Positions 49,501 to 64,000 are shown, counted from the stretch's first letter. The stretch is 64,000 nt of DNA from Geosiphon pyriformis uo1 (GCA_016748015.1 JAAOMT010000200.1:60984-124983), one strand, 5' to 3'. Translations and numbers: made by a program. Notes: generated from the letters alone by a model not told the origin.

Positions 49501-52413
49501 ATGGCCAATTTATTAAGCTAATTTTTAATAATAAGTTAACAGACAATATTATTATATAACAACTTATAGACTAATTAAGTTGCCAAGTTGATTGTGCTGT
49601 TAGTATTAGAATTATTACAGCCAATAGAATAACTATAACTTTTATTGGCAAAATTGATGACTTTCTATTCAAAGTTAATAGTATTATGGTATTCATTAAA
49701 GTTCTTATAATAGAAGTCACATAATATTAAGCTCTTATTAGTAATAACTGGCTGTTTAAAACCAATGTTGTACTCAATTAAACCATATAAAAGCTATAGC
49801 TCAGTCAAAATAGTCAACATACTTAGATATTAGCTATTTGTGGTTATTTTAAAGCAACTCAATTATAGCTACTAATTAAATTCAAGAAAAAAATAAACAA
49901 ACCTACTTGGAAAGTCTATCAAGTTTTGTGGGTTGATAACAATCATAATAAGTTATCACTAATATTCTTTTAAGATAACAAAAAAAAAGAGAAAGAAGAA
50001 GACAAATCTCAAACTACCACTTTCACAGAAAAAACAAATAACAGTTGACATATTTTATACTCAGTGAAATCAAGAAAAAAACCATTTTATATTCTTTTCA
50101 AATACATTAATTATAAAAAAAAGCTTTTTTTTATAGAAACTTGAATTTTGTCAGAAGAAAACTACTGAATATATATTTACTACTATTGCAAACTATATTA
50201 TAGAAAATGTTTTGGTTACCCAAAACAACTAAGAAAGTGGAACAACAAACCATGTCTTACTTGTAAAGAAATGCTATTTAACAAAAAAATATAGAATAAT
50301 ATTCCTGGTTAAAAAAAAATATACAATGCATTGTATCAATACATGATTCTTATAAGTAATTAAGTAAACAAAAAAATGTCTTTTAATGTTGTATAGAACC
50401 AAGTGATCTTATATTTGAACAGTTGTTTACATAATAAAAATAAGATCTGAAGAATAGTAAGTGCCAAATCAAAAATACTATACCAAACAAATTATTAGTA
50501 ATTAAAAATAATCCACTAGAATCTGTTGAGACTATTTTTATTTCTTATTCAAATATTTTTGTTAATATTATAAATGGTTTTAAACAATTCCATAAACACT
50601 ACCAAAACTTAGCACCAATTAAGAAAGAGCAAAAACAAAAACTAAAACAATTAAATACAAGACTATGTAAATACTGTCTAATTTTTAGTGATTTCGAATA
50701 TTGAAATAATTGTGATTTTATCTACAATCTACCACCACACATAATTTATTCAATTCCCAAAAAGGAAAAACCAATTAACAAGTGAGCTTCGAAATTAAAA
50801 TTAAAATTTAATCATAATTCAAATTTTAATAATAATAACAACAATAATTCTAACTTAATTCACAATAGCAACAACAATAACAATAACAATTCCAACTCTG
50901 ATTTCAATTTCAAACAATATATCACACTTTTAAATTTTTCAAAAGAGCAAAAACTCAAATGATTTATTAATAATAATAAGGGTATTATGTCAGAACATAC
51001 ATATAATATTGATGCAGAATTTAATTTTAAATATTTAAAAAAAACTGCCATCAGATTAGAATTTTATTTGCATTCTAGTATAAATTTAAAAATAACACTG
51101 AAAATTTCAGCAACAACAATAGTTTAATTAGTCTCTAAATTTAGTTTAACAAAAAAAAGGATTAATATCAGAGAAAAAATAATTGATGCAAAATATATAG
51201 AAAATATTATTATAATGCTACAAAATAACATAAAAAAAAATACACTATTGAACCAAATAAAAAGATAGCACAGACAATATTTTTGTCTTGGTTAAAATAA
51301 TTCAATTAGCATTAGTTAAAACAAAAAAAAATTAAAAATTACAGCAAGAGAGATAAATAGATTTGAATTCATAAATAGAATAAAAATACCAATTAATATA
51401 GTAAAAAAAACCATTAATAAGAAAAAAATTATCTTTATCAATGTTACTCATAAAAAAAATACAAAAAAAGAAAGTAGAAAAAACAAATAAAAAAAATAGA
51501 CCAATAGGATAATAGTACTTAACAAATAAGCACAATGTTAAAAACTATAATATATTGCTTAACAATATATATATTGCTAGTAAATTATGACATACTGCTT
51601 AACAATAAGAGCATTGTTAATAAATTAGGACATATTGCTTAACAATAAGAACATTGTCAAAAAAAATAGTGCATATTGCTCAAGAAAATATAAGATTTTA
51701 TATAACAAAAATTATGTATATATGGTAAGAATATTAGAAACAAAAAAGACAAAATTGATACCAACAATCTATTAATTATTCAATACTCCTTTTATTAAAA
51801 GATAGTTTTTTACAACTTAAAATAAAATTAAATTACATATCAATAAAATATTAATTATTACTTAAATTCATATTATTATCATTTAATTAAAAAATATTAA
51901 TCACTTCTATTCTATCAACACTCTATGTTAATAGAATTCAATACTTAATCACATTAAATCAATAGTTTTTGATTACAGTTATTGACAGAATATTAATTTC
52001 TTATTTTCTTATTTTTTTTTTTCTTTTTTGTTTATTAATTGATTAAAAAATTAAGCACTAAATATTTAACATCAAAAATAGCCTAATAAAAGATCCAGAA
52101 ATAAGTGTAAAAATTTAAGAATAGCTTATTAAAAGAGCATAACTGGCAGATTAAACTGATTATTATGCTGAAAAAAAAAATTCACAGAAAAAACTTCCAA
52201 AATAGGTACTAAAACAGCAAAGTGAATTTTTGTTCATTATACAAAAAACTTAACTAAAACCTTTAAATTACAAAAATCTTTAGATTTACCAACATTATCA
52301 AGCTATTGAACACCAAGTTATAAGTTTGTTATTTGTACTAATACCCCAAATAATTACCTGTAATATTTGATGTTTTCTGTAAAGTATAATCCAACAGAAA
52401 ACCAGCACTAATA
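46540..52413 (+). mobile_element. Old Gypsy relic B: gag-PR-Cys-rich-dUTPase with no RT/IN, bracketed by ~690-bp diverged direct repeats (about 46540-47228 and 51705-52413) of a second LTR-like family
   Basis: Recognisable relics of capsid (KLEKFIGKEN), protease, GYPKQ..KWNNKPCLTC and dUTPase. The two repeats align along their length and end in TAACA/TAATA. No clear PBS or TSD. Confidence 0.65.
51510..51690. repeat. ~40-bp tandem repeat (core CATATTGCTTAACAATAAG), 4-5 degenerate units
   Basis: Directly visible, immediately left of the LTR-like repeat. Confidence 0.75.
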
Positions 52414-55400
52414 TCAATTAGAAATTAAAAAAATACTTAATTAGCAATCAAGCAATTTATCAATCTCTACAATACTGTGACAATATAAAAAACTCCAATC
52501 ATTTTTAGAATCAATCATGTTTATAATTCTCATCAACCAATTAATTATAACAGCAAGAAACACATATTTACTATTATTGTGGTAAACAAAAACATATAAA
52601 ATTAAACTGCTATGTAAGATTAAATAACCAACAATCAGAAAATCAAAATCAAAATCCCAATTACTAGTTTTAAACTCCAAATTATACTTTAAATTAGGAA
52701 TTATATCAACTTTATTACATCTTAATAATGCAACAACCAATATACTCACCTCCAGTATATCAAGTTCCAGCACCAGTTATCTATCAGCCACAGTCACAAA
52801 CTATTTATTAGCTGTAGCTACAAATTATTTATTAATTATTAGCAATTTAAACACCATCACAAAATTTAAATCAAATATCAATTGGCAACCAAAGACCAAG
52901 AATTATTTACATGCAACAGAATTGAAGATCAGTAATAATAATACACCAACTAATTTTCAGTTCATTAAATCAACCATCAGGATCATGCCAGTAGAATTTG
53001 AAAAGTGAGTACATCTAAAACTCAAATTCCCAAAACTATTTAAGTTTTCTGGTTATCTTAGAAAACAATATATTCAACAATTTAAAAACCAATTAACAAA
53101 TACTCACCAACAACATTCTATTAACAACTGTTACAAAAATGAATCATTTGCAGCCATATTTTTCTTTGAATTAGAAACCCAATCAGAAACACTATTATTT
53201 AGTAGAGCTACTTTCAATGCCAAACCAATTACTGTTATGTATACTAATGCTAAAGTTAATAGTTTTTCTATCAAGCTAATTCTTAATAGTAAATTAACAG
53301 ACAGCATTATTATATGACAACTTATGGACCAATTAGGTTGCCAAGTTGATCATACTACTAGTGCCAAAATTATTATTACTGATGGAGTAACAAAAACACC
53401 TATTGGTAAGATTAATGATTTTCTATTTGAAGTTAATAATATTATAGCACTCATCAAGATTCTTATGATAGAAATTATACAGTACTAAGCTTTTATTGAT
53501 AATAACTGGAATATTTAGGAGCTATAGTTTAGTCAAGATAGTTAGCAAACTTGGATACTTGTTATCTGCAACCACTTTAAAACAAATACTACTATTTAAT
53601 TACCACTAATCAAATTCAAGAAAAAGAAAAAAAACCTACTTGAGAAGCTTATCAAGTCTTATGAACTAAGAATGAATATAACAAACTACTACCAATACTT
53701 TTTTAGGACAACAAAGAAAAAGGAAAGGAAGAAGATGAGCCAAAAGCCATTACAGTTACTAAAAAAATAACCAGTGGCTGAAATTGATCATATTTTATGA
53801 ATACAAAAAAAAACTACCTTATATTTTACTAAGATATACTAACTGCAAAAAAAAGCTTTACTCTATAAAAGCTTAAATTTTACCAAATAAAAACTACTGA
53901 GCACACACCTACTATTACTGTAAGCTATATTACCAAAAATATTTCAATTACCTTAAGTGATGTTACCAGTAGAATTTTAGCTATTAATTAGCATGAAATT
54001 ACCCTTATAATTCCTATTATTAATTAACATATAATATTATTATCTCGAATATCACTTGTTATTTAATCAAATTATTAAATATTATTACTTAATCAATAAT
54101 TCGATTTGTATCATAGAAATTAAGATGATCAAATTACACAATATTCTGAACCATTTAACATAGTCAAAATTTGCCAAAATTAATGAAAATTGGCCGAAAT
54201 AATCAATAATTCAGTGAAATAACTTGTAGTTTGCCAAAATGTATTTTTAGTTCACCCAAATTGTAGCAAAGAGAAAAGTACAAGTTCAAAGACTAGTACT
54301 ACAACAAGTTGTATAAAAGAAAAGCTTCTTTTTTTAAGAAAATGTATCTTCTCATAGTATCTTACCATAGTATCCTACTTTAAATATCTTAATTGAAACA
54401 AATCACTTTTTACATATTTTAAATAAAAATTAAATATTCAAAACCCAAATCCTTTAATTATTATACTTGAAATTCTCTCAACACAAACTAACATTTTGAA
54501 ATTGATTAGCTACCAATTTCAGTAATTTGTTAGTGACTTCAGGCCTGGATAGAAAACGTTTCCTTTGATAAAATTCTATTTCTTTTACATTTCTTTTATT
54601 TTTCTTTTTTTTCTTATTATAATCATTAAGGTAGCCTACAGATGAGATTTCTGTAGAAAAGTTGACTTTCACAGCAAAGTAACTACACATTTTTAGTGAG
54701 CTTTCAGATAAGCAATTCTTGGAAAAGAGTTGATGTTTACTACAATGTAACTACATAAAGTAACTGGCAAGGAATTGGCTATTCTACTTATAAGTTCAGC
54801 AGTTTAAATTATAGGAAATAATTTGAAAATAAATTCAGTTACTGGAGGTCCAACTACTTCCTAAAAACGTAAATTCACAGCAAATCAATATTAACAACAT
54901 TCAAAAAAAGAGACCAAAAATCTCTAGTAACAGTAACAAGAAAAATAAAACAATAAATTATGTCTTACTTGTAAAGAAATACTACTTGATAAAAGAATAT
55001 AAAACAACATTTTTGGTCAAAGAGGAATATGTAACATATCATGTTAATACACAATACTAATAAGTGATTAAATAAGCCAAAGAATATCTTTTAACACTAC
55101 TTGAAACTGGGCACTTTTATGCTTAGATGGTTATCCACATAACAAAGACAAAATTTGATGAATAGTAAATGCCAAAATTAAAAGTGCTTTGTCTACCAAA
55201 ATACTGAAAATTAAAAATAACTTACTAGAACCAGTTAAGACTATTTTTATTTTCAATTCAAATGTATTTATTGATATTTTAAATGATCCAAACCAATTTT
55301 ACAAATACTACCAAGACTTAGCACTCACTAAAAAAAAGCAAAAGCAGTATTTAAAATAGTTAAACACAAGACTTTGTAAACATTGTCTAATTTTTAGTAA

Positions 55401-58400
55401 TTTTAAATATTGTAATAATTGTAATCTTATTTACAATCTACTATTATGCATAATCTATTTAATCCCTAAAGAGAAAGAACCAATCAATGAGTATGTATTG
55501 AAATCAAAATTAAAAATCAATTATGATTTGGACTTCAATAATAACAGCAACAATAGTTTCAATTTCATTTACTATAACAATAACCATGATAATTCAAACT
55601 ATAATTACAACTCCAAACAATATATTGTGCTTTCAAATCTAACAATAGAGCAGAAACTAAAATAGTTTAATAATAATAACAAAAATATTATGTCAGAATA
55701 CATATATAATACTAATACAAAGTTTAATCTTAAATATTCAAGAAAGACTGTTATTAGATTAGAATCCTATTTGCATATTAGTATAAATTTAAAAATAGCA
55801 CTAGAAATTTTGGCAACAACAATTATTCAACTAGTCCTAGATTTAGTTTAGTAAAAAAAGAAATTAATATTAAAAAAAGAATAATTAATATAGAATATGT
55901 AAAAAATATTATTGTAATACTATAAAACAACTTAGAAAAAAATATGTAATTAAACCAAATAAAAAGATAACATAGACAATATTCTTGCTTCTGGTTAAAA
56001 TAGCTTAGTTAATATTAGTGAAAACAATAAAAGAATTAGAAATTACAGCAAAAAGAATAAAAGGTTCAAATTAATAAATAGAATAGATATACCAGTTAAT
56101 ATAACAGAAGAAAAAACAATTAATAAGAAAAAAATTATTTCTTTTTATTAATTAATTCCCATTATATTATATAATCAGTATATAATAGTTATAGAAAAAA
56201 AAATAAAAGACCAATCTCAAATTTTTGAAGCTGAAATGAATATTTGTAAATCAGAAAAAATTGCTATTACAAATTTTTACATACCAACCAAAAACAATAA
56301 ACATATTAAGATTTCCATCTACAATACAGTTAGAGACTCTATTAAAATATTAAGTGAAACCACCATTGGATACTTAAGCACTAAAATTGAGAACCAATTA
56401 TTTATCATTATTCCAGACTTTCTACAGCTTTGAAAATATGTGAACATTATATTATAAACAATTTATAAATAAAAATGAGTGTTATTTGCTGTAATCAAAA
56501 CAATTAGAGCAAATGAACTTGGAAAATTTAGACTTACTTCAACAGATGCAGCTTAAAATGCTATTTAACAACTTTACTAACATTTTTGCCAGTAAAAATG
56601 AATTTGGCAGAATTGACATTATCCAATACTAGATCAAAACTGGAGATACAATGTTAATTAAACAAAGAGCATACAGAGTACTACCTACTAGTCATAAAAT
56701 CATTTGACAGAAAATTAACAAAATGTTAGACAATGAATTAATTCAATTATCAATGAGTCTATGATTATCATTAATAGTATTAGTTTATAAGAAGAATAGA
56801 AAAATCTGCTTTTGTGTGAATTATAAAAAACTCAATAATATTACTTGTAAAGACAACTATCCAACTTTATAAATTTAGGAGTTATTTAACATTTTTGAAA
56901 AAAAGAAATGGTTTTCAACATTAAACTTAGATAATAGTTACTGCTAAACAGTCATGAATTCAGCCAATAAACAAAAGACAGCATTCACTATTAGAAAAAA
57001 GAATTTTGAATTCAATGTTATGCTTTTTGGCTTAACTAATGCTCCAGCTATCTTCCAATGACTTATAAAAATTGTATATACTAGATTACTATGGAAATCA
57101 GTAGTAGTCTATTTGGATAACATTAATATATTCTTAAAAACATTTAATAATCATCTTCATTATTTCCAATAAGTGTTTGAAAGATTAAAAAAAGCCAGAT
57201 TAAAGTTGAATGCAATCAAATACTTAAGACATATTATGAACAAAAATGGCATAAAGACAGATCCAAACAAGATTAAAACAATTAAAAACTTTTAATATCA
57301 ACAAATCTTACAGAATTAAGAGCATTCTTAAGATTTACCAGATACTATTATTGCTTTATCCAAAACTTCTTTAAATTGGCTCAACCATTTTACTAGTTTC
57401 AAGCAAAAAATGTAAAATATAAATGGATGGATATCCAACAAGAAGCTTTTAACATCTTAAGAAAAAAATTTATTCAAGCTCTAGTACTAATTTATCCAAA
57501 TCACAACAAGCTATTCATTATCATTACTGATGTATTCAGTCAAACATTAGGAGCAGTATTATCACAAAAAAGAGCAGATAAATAAAATATTCAATAATAT
57601 ATGCCAGCAGAAGTTTAAGTTTAGCCATGAAAAACTATAGAACCTTAATATTAGAATACTTAGTTATCTATTGGACTGTTATCAAATAGAAAAAATACTT
57701 GAGTCAGAAGTTTGATGTATATACTGATTACAAGGAATTGACATCAATTCAAAAGCAAAAATTTGGAGACAATTATTATATAAGATAAAAAATAAAATTA
57801 TCACTATCTAATTATACTGTACATTATAAAAAAGGAAAAAAAAACGAAAATGCTGACAATTTGTCATAAATAAAACAAATCTAAAAAACATTTTAACTCA
57901 AAAATATAACAAAAAATAAACACATAAAAATATTAGCAACTTTAATATTATATTAATATTCAACAGTTTAAAGAGACATTATCTCAAAAGAAACAAAACA
58001 ATATAAAACAACAAACAAAATATTTTATCACTTATTAAGATATATTATATCAAAAAAACAGAAAATACTCAGATCAACCACTTAAAGTAATCACAGAACC
58101 AGAAAAAAAACAATACTATTTAACATGTATTTAGATCTAATAGCAGAACACTTTCATAAAAAAGCAATCATAAAAAGAACTAAAAAAAGACATTATTGGC
58201 TATTTATGTATCTAGGCATTATTTAATATGTTTAAAATTGTAATCTTTGTCAGAAAAAAAGAGGAACAAAATCCAATAAACCACTAAAATCAATCAAAAT
58301 AAGACAACCATTTGATTAAATTGGAATTGACTTAGTTAGATCTTTAATAATAATTAGCAGAAGCAATTATTATATAGTAATAGCAATAAACTATTTCACA

Positions 58401-59830
58401 AAATAACCAGAAGTAAAAGCAATCCAAAGAGCAGATGCAGAATTTGTAGCTAAATTCATTCACTAAATTTTAATTTGTTAACATAGATATCTAAAAAAAT
58501 TATTATCAAATCAAAAAACTTACTTTGTAAACAGAACATTAACAGAATTAAGTTAAAAATTTGGAATCAAGAGACCATTATTATTATTATATTATTCACA
58601 AACAAATGACTTAATCAAGAGATTCAACAGAATATTGTGTGAAACAATAGCCAAGATTAACCAAAAAAACCAAGATAAATAGAATTTGTTTATACTATTA
58701 GAATTATTTGCTTATTAGACAATAAAGCAAGATACCATACAAGCAACACTATTTGAACTTGTTTATAATAGAACAGCAATATTACCAGTAAAAATAAATA
58801 TTAACACATATCTAACAAAACCAATAACAGAAGCTAACTTTCAAAAAACATTACTAAAAAAAACATATGACTTAATAGAAATATTAGAAAACAAGAAACA
58901 AAAAGCAGCTAATAATATACAAAAGTTAAAAGCAAAACAGAAAGAATAACATGATAATCAATTATCAGATAAACCAGTCAAATTCAGAATTGGAAACAAA
59001 ATACTCTTATATTATACCAAAGCAGAAAAACAATGGAGTAAAAAATTTGATTCCAAATGAAATAGACTATTTTACATTGAAGAAATTCTAGAAAATAGAG
59101 CTTATAAATTAAAATAAGATAATAAAATCTTAGCTAAAACAGCACATAGAAATCAACTAAAATTATATTACAATATAGCATCATTATTTACCAGTAATAT
59201 TCCATAACTAGAAGTATAACAAATACTAATCCAACCAGATAAAATTTTACAAGATCTAAAACCAATCATAATTATTAACACAAACATGTTAAATTGATTT
59301 ACAAAAAGAGTATATAAAAAAAGACACAATAGATGTGACAAAAACAATCAGAAAAGATAAAAATCTTAGACCACATCTATATAATGGCTTAACAATTATT
59401 CCAGACTATAAATTAACAACAATTAAACATATAAATTGTCATCAATTACCAAACAATTTGCTATTAAAACACCAAAAAAAAAAGACAAAAATCACTTTAT
59501 ATCATTAACCACAGAATTAAACAAAACATTGATCAAATAAAGTCATAGAAAAAATAAAGAACACTTTTGGAAAAATACCAGTAAGAATTTCAATAAAGAA
59601 GCTAATTAAAGAAAACTGGAAGCTATAGATAGAACAACTTTCAGTATTATACTGTTATTATTAGTTAAAACAAAAGCTGAATATTTAAAAACTATATATT
59701 AATAAATTTAAAAGAATATTCAATCAAGAAATAGTACAACAAATTGAAAATTTTATTGGAAAAAAGACAAATTCCAAACTATATATTAAAACAATTTACC
59801 AACTACACACCATATTTTAAAATTATTCAG
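52414..59830 (+). mobile_element. Old Gypsy relic C: end of gag, PR, Cys-rich, dUTPase, RT, RNase H, integrase and probable ORF3; interrupted by a solo LTR and cut at the 3' end by element D
   Basis: Relic motifs FNVMLFGLTNAPAIFQ, VVYLDNI, IITDVFS, IGIDLV and FNRILCE, in the same domain order as element A. Confidence 0.85.
53961..54932 (+). mobile_element. Solo LTR of the element-A family (972 bp)
   Basis: Reverse complement of 30737-31705; TGTTACCAG...TAGTAACA ends; flanks GTGA/GTAA (4-bp TSD with one G>A change). The host frame YLK*|QEK*NNKLCLTC rejoins across it. Confidence 0.93.
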
Positions 59831-62800
59831 TGTTACCGGAGGTTTTTGGTCTCTTTTCTTAAATGTTGTTGATGCCTGTTTGCTGTGAATTCACGTTTTC
59901 TGAATGTGGTTGAATCTCCAATAACTGAATTTATCTTCAAATTATCTCTTATAATTTGAACTGCTGGGCTTATAAGTGGAATGGCCAATTCCATGCCAGT
60001 TACTTTATGTAGTTACATTGTAGTAAACGTCAACTCTTTCCCAGAAATTGCTCATTTGGAAGCTCACAAAATATGTGTAGTTACTTTGCTGTAAAAGTCA
60101 ATTCTTCTACAGGAATCTCGTCTGTAAGCTACCTTAATGATTGTAATAAGAAAAGAAAAGAAAAAAATAAAAGAAATGTAAAAAGAAATAGAATTTTATC
60201 AAGAGAAACGTTTTTTATCCAGGCCTGGAGTCACTAACAGTTTATTGAAATTGGTAGCTAATCAATTTCAAACTGTTTAGTAGGAATTGATTAATTTCAA
60301 AAGGGAAATAATTAAGAATTTGATTTTTCAAATTATTTGATATTTATTTCGTTTTTGTGTGTAAAGAATGACTCTAAATGTTAAATCTGAAGTAAGATAC
60401 ATTTTCTTGAAGAGAAAAGCTCTTCTTTTATACAACTTGTCGTAACACTATTCTATGAACTCAAACTTTGCTATTTTCTATAATTTCACTGAACTAAAGA
60501 TACATTTCAGCGAACTACAAGTTATTTCTGCAAACTATTAGATATTTCGGCAAACTATCAATTATTTTGGTGAATTTCTTACAAATTTTGGCAAACTTTT
60601 TGAATGTTACATAATTCAGGGTATTGCATGATTGATCATCACAATTAGGTTACATTTGTGTTATGTACAAATTGGGTTATTAATTAAATGATAATTTCGG
60701 ATATTCTGCTAATGTAATAAGTGATAATTTGAAACAATAATATATGTAATTAATGATAAGATTTATAAGAGTAATTTCATGCTAAACAATATCTCTAATT
60801 TCGTCTAGTAATATAACCCCCTCTTTAAGACTGAGCTCCATCGAAATCCAAGTACTGTCTGTAATTTCCAGATAATAATCCAAAATTATTGAAGAGATTT
60901 GGTCTGAAAATTGTTGAAATTTCAGTTCTGTGAGCTTTCCAATGTATTGAATCTTCAAAGATTGTAAAATTGGGTTTTGTAGAACGTTTTCACAGGTGTG
61001 GAATAGATCATAAAGTCTAAGAGCAGTTCTTAGTTTATAGCAACTGTTTGTAAGTCCAGCTATTGTTTTGAATTTGTTATGGAGTTGTTTTTGAATAGCT
61101 TTTTTTGTAAGGTTTGCTGCTGTAAGCTCCCGTTTTCATTCGTGAAGTGTTTTTCCAATATAGAAATATCTATATATTGGAGTATAGTCGTGGTTTTCTT
61201 TATTAAGACACAGTTGAAGTTTTTGTTGAATAGTAGCATTTGGTGAAATATTAATAGGAGTGAACATTAAATTTTTTCTTAAAGCAAGCTTCAAGAGTTC
61301 TGGTAGATGAATTCCAAAGTAACTTCTTGTGTTCTTTTTGTAAGGGTAATAATTTCGTGAATTTGGGGCTAAATTGGCAACTACTTCTATTTGGGTATAA
61401 TTAATATGTTTTTCTGTAATAGTAATAGATAATTCGGGTATTGTCTTTAAAGCTAGTATTAATTTTTGAAATATTTGTTGAATATTTTGAGGGATAGTCA
61501 TTATAAAAATTTGAGTGAGAAAAATAGGTTGAAATTATTTTTTGGTATGTGGGTTTTTATGTTATTTTAGTCTTTCAGTGTGTTTTGTTTTGTTTTGTTT
61601 TTGTGAAATTATTTTTAAATTATAAGAGAATAACTAGTAAAATTAAATTAAGTGTTTAAGTTGGAAGGTTGTTCAATGACAACTATTGGTTCTAAGTTTC
61701 AGGGAATATCTTCAGGATTGACTAAAGAAGAATGTATACCAATTTGTGGAATTAATGGTTCAGAATTGTTTCTGGAATGATAGTGTTTTAACTGATCTCC
61801 ATGTGCAATTTTTGCTAGGATTTTGTCATCAAGTCTTAACTTGTATGATCTATTGCCTAGTATTTTATAGATAAAGAATGGTCTATCCCATTTATTTTCA
61901 AATTTTCCACTCCATTGTTTTTCAGCTTTAGTTCTGTGCAGGAGAACTTTGTTTCTAACTTTAAAATCATTGATAACTAGAGGCAATTTGTTGTTATGCT
62001 GTTCTTTTTGTTAAGTTTGGGAGTGTTCAATATGGGTGGCTGCTGTTTGTCGTTTTTTTTTCAACGTGCTGATAAGCATGTAGGCTCTTCGTTAAAGCAT
62101 TTCCTGGAAATTGTTTTCATTGATTGGTTGTGCTGAGTATGTTTCTACTGTGAAACTAATTGGTAACGTTGCTGTCCTTCTATAAGTTAAATCAAATGGT
62201 GTGTGTTTTGTGGTATCTTGATTTAGTGTTCTGTATGCTAGTAACACTAATGAAATAAAGATATCCCATTCTTGCTCAAAATCAGTTGAGACTTTGGTTA
62301 ATGACTCACACAATGTTCTGTTAAAACGTCCCACAAGTCTATTTGTTTGTAGATGGTAAGACAAAGACAGAGGTCTTTTGACATTGAATTGTTCGCAAAT
62401 TTCTTGTATCAGATTGTTCACAAAATGTGTCCCCTGATCAGATAAAAGTTCAATTGGACATCTATGTCTACAAATGATGTCTTTGTAGATGAAATTTGTT
62501 ACTGATTTTGCATCTGCTCATTGAATGGCTCTGGCTTCGGGCCATTTAGTAAGATAGTCTACTGCTACTGCAATATAATAGTTTTCTTGAGTGGTGATAG
62601 ATAGTGGTCTGACTAAATCGATACCAACTCAGTCAAAGGGTTGTCCAACTTTGATTGGATTTAATGGTTCAGTAGGGCGTGTTTCTCTTTTTTTTTGACA
62701 ACTATCACAAGATTTGACATATTTGTGAATGTTTTTTCTCATTCGAGGCCAAAAGTAGTATTCTAGTGTTCTTTGGGTGGTGCTTTCTTTTCCAAAATGT

Positions 62801-64000
62801 GCTGATGAAGAATCTAAGTGCATGTTGTATAATATAGTCTCTTTTTTCTGTTTTTGTATTAATCTGAGTGGCTTGTCTGGGTTTTTGAAATTTCGATGAT
62901 AAATAATGTTGTTGTGTAGAAAATATTGTTTGGCTTGTTGTTGTAGTCAATGTTTTTCATCTGGAGACCAATCTGTTAGGATTGTTAATGTTTCCAAATA
63001 TTGTTTGAGATTGTTGTAGTTTTCCGAATTCATTGTTTGTTGACTGTTTTTGGTTGGTTAAGTTGAGTATTGGTTTTTGTGTTTTCTAATCTTGTCTCAT
63101 TCTGGAGAGACAGTCAACATTGGTGTGGAGTTTTCTTGGTTTGTGATGTACTATGTATTGATAGTTTGCTAGAAATCCTGTCCATTGGGTTTGTTTTGTG
63201 TTCAGCTGAGTATTTTTGTTCTGAAGTTATTTGAGTCCAATATTATCAGTGATAATATCAAATTTCTTTGGCCAGAGATAAAAGTTGAAATAATGTAGGG
63301 CCCAAATTACAGCTGCTGTTTCCAATTCAGTGGCAGAATAATTTTTTTCAGCTGGTTTTAATGTTCTGCTAGCATAGGCGATTACTCACTCATTTTTATT
63401 GTCATCCAATTATGATAAGATAGCACCAAAGGCAGTATAAGAGGCATCTGTCGCTAATTGGAATTGGTTGCTGAAATCTGGGTAGGTGAGAATTGGAGCT
63501 GTCGTTAGTTTTTCTTTGAGGATTTCAAATGCATTTTGGCATTCAGTAGTCCATTTATATTTGACGTTTTTGGTGGTAAGCTAGTTAAGAGGTTTTGTGA
63601 TTTCTGAGAATTCTTTGATAAACTTCTGATAGTAGGAGGCTAACTCTATGAATCCTCTTAGTTCTGTAGTGTTTCAAGAAGTTTTGAAGTTTTTGACAGC
63701 ACTGATTTTTCCAGGGTCTGGTTTGATTCTATCTTTACTAACAATATGACCAAGGAAGGCCAAGCTTGTTTTTCTAAAGAAGCATTTTTTGATGTTGAGT
63801 TTTAGTCCTGTTTTTCATAATTATTGAAAAACTTTTCACAGGTGTTTTAAGTGTAATTTGAATGATAGAGAATAAACATCAGTATCATCAAGATAAATAA
63901 CTACTGACTTCCAAAGGAGTCTTTGGTACACAACATCTATTAATCTCTGAAATGTTGCTGGTGTATTGCATAATCCTAAAGGCATTACATTGAACTTGTA
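59831..64000 (-). mobile_element. Gypsy element D, sister subfamily of A, 3' portion: RT/RH (to 63086), integrase ORF 63033-61648, ORF3 61501-60782, PPT, 3' LTR 59831-60813; continues beyond the window
   Basis: VIYLDDTDVY, LATDAS, LLSDQGTHF; PPT AAAGAGGGGG; LTR begins TGTTACCGG and is homologous to the A LTRs. Confidence 0.93.

Noticed and set aside
51510-51690. CRISPR-like array (also 28740-28870 and 46400-46510)
   Set aside because: Degenerate tandem units without unique spacers, eukaryotic context, no cas genes.

Overview
AT-rich eukaryotic genomic DNA with short spliceosomal introns, most consistent with an early-diverging fungus (Mucoromycota/Glomeromycotina-like; this is inference). 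The window has two halves. (1) 1-27.3 kb: the 3' half of a fairly young RNase H-bearing LINE, then seven intron-containing host genes: SRP72, mitochondrial Lon (PIM1), a small HARE-HTH protein missing from the ORF track, a membrane-anchored CBM48 protein, a 3R-MYB/C2H2 fusion transcription factor, an MBIP-like protein and ICP55. (2) 27.5-64 kb: a nested block of decayed transposons eroded by C>T/G>A mutation. It holds a LINE split by a full-length Ty3/Gypsy element (4-bp TSD ATGC), two older Gypsy relics, a solo LTR and a further Gypsy copy running off the window. The main result is the architecture of this Gypsy lineage, reconstructed by eye from several copies. One Gag-protease-(unknown Cys-rich domain)-dUTPase-RT-RNase H polyprotein stops right after RNase H. 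A separate ATG-initiated integrase ORF follows, preceded by branch-point/acceptor-like signals. A third accessory ORF overlaps the PPT and U3. The LTRs carry twin compensatory hairpins. All gene models and alignments were done by eye; no database searches were run.
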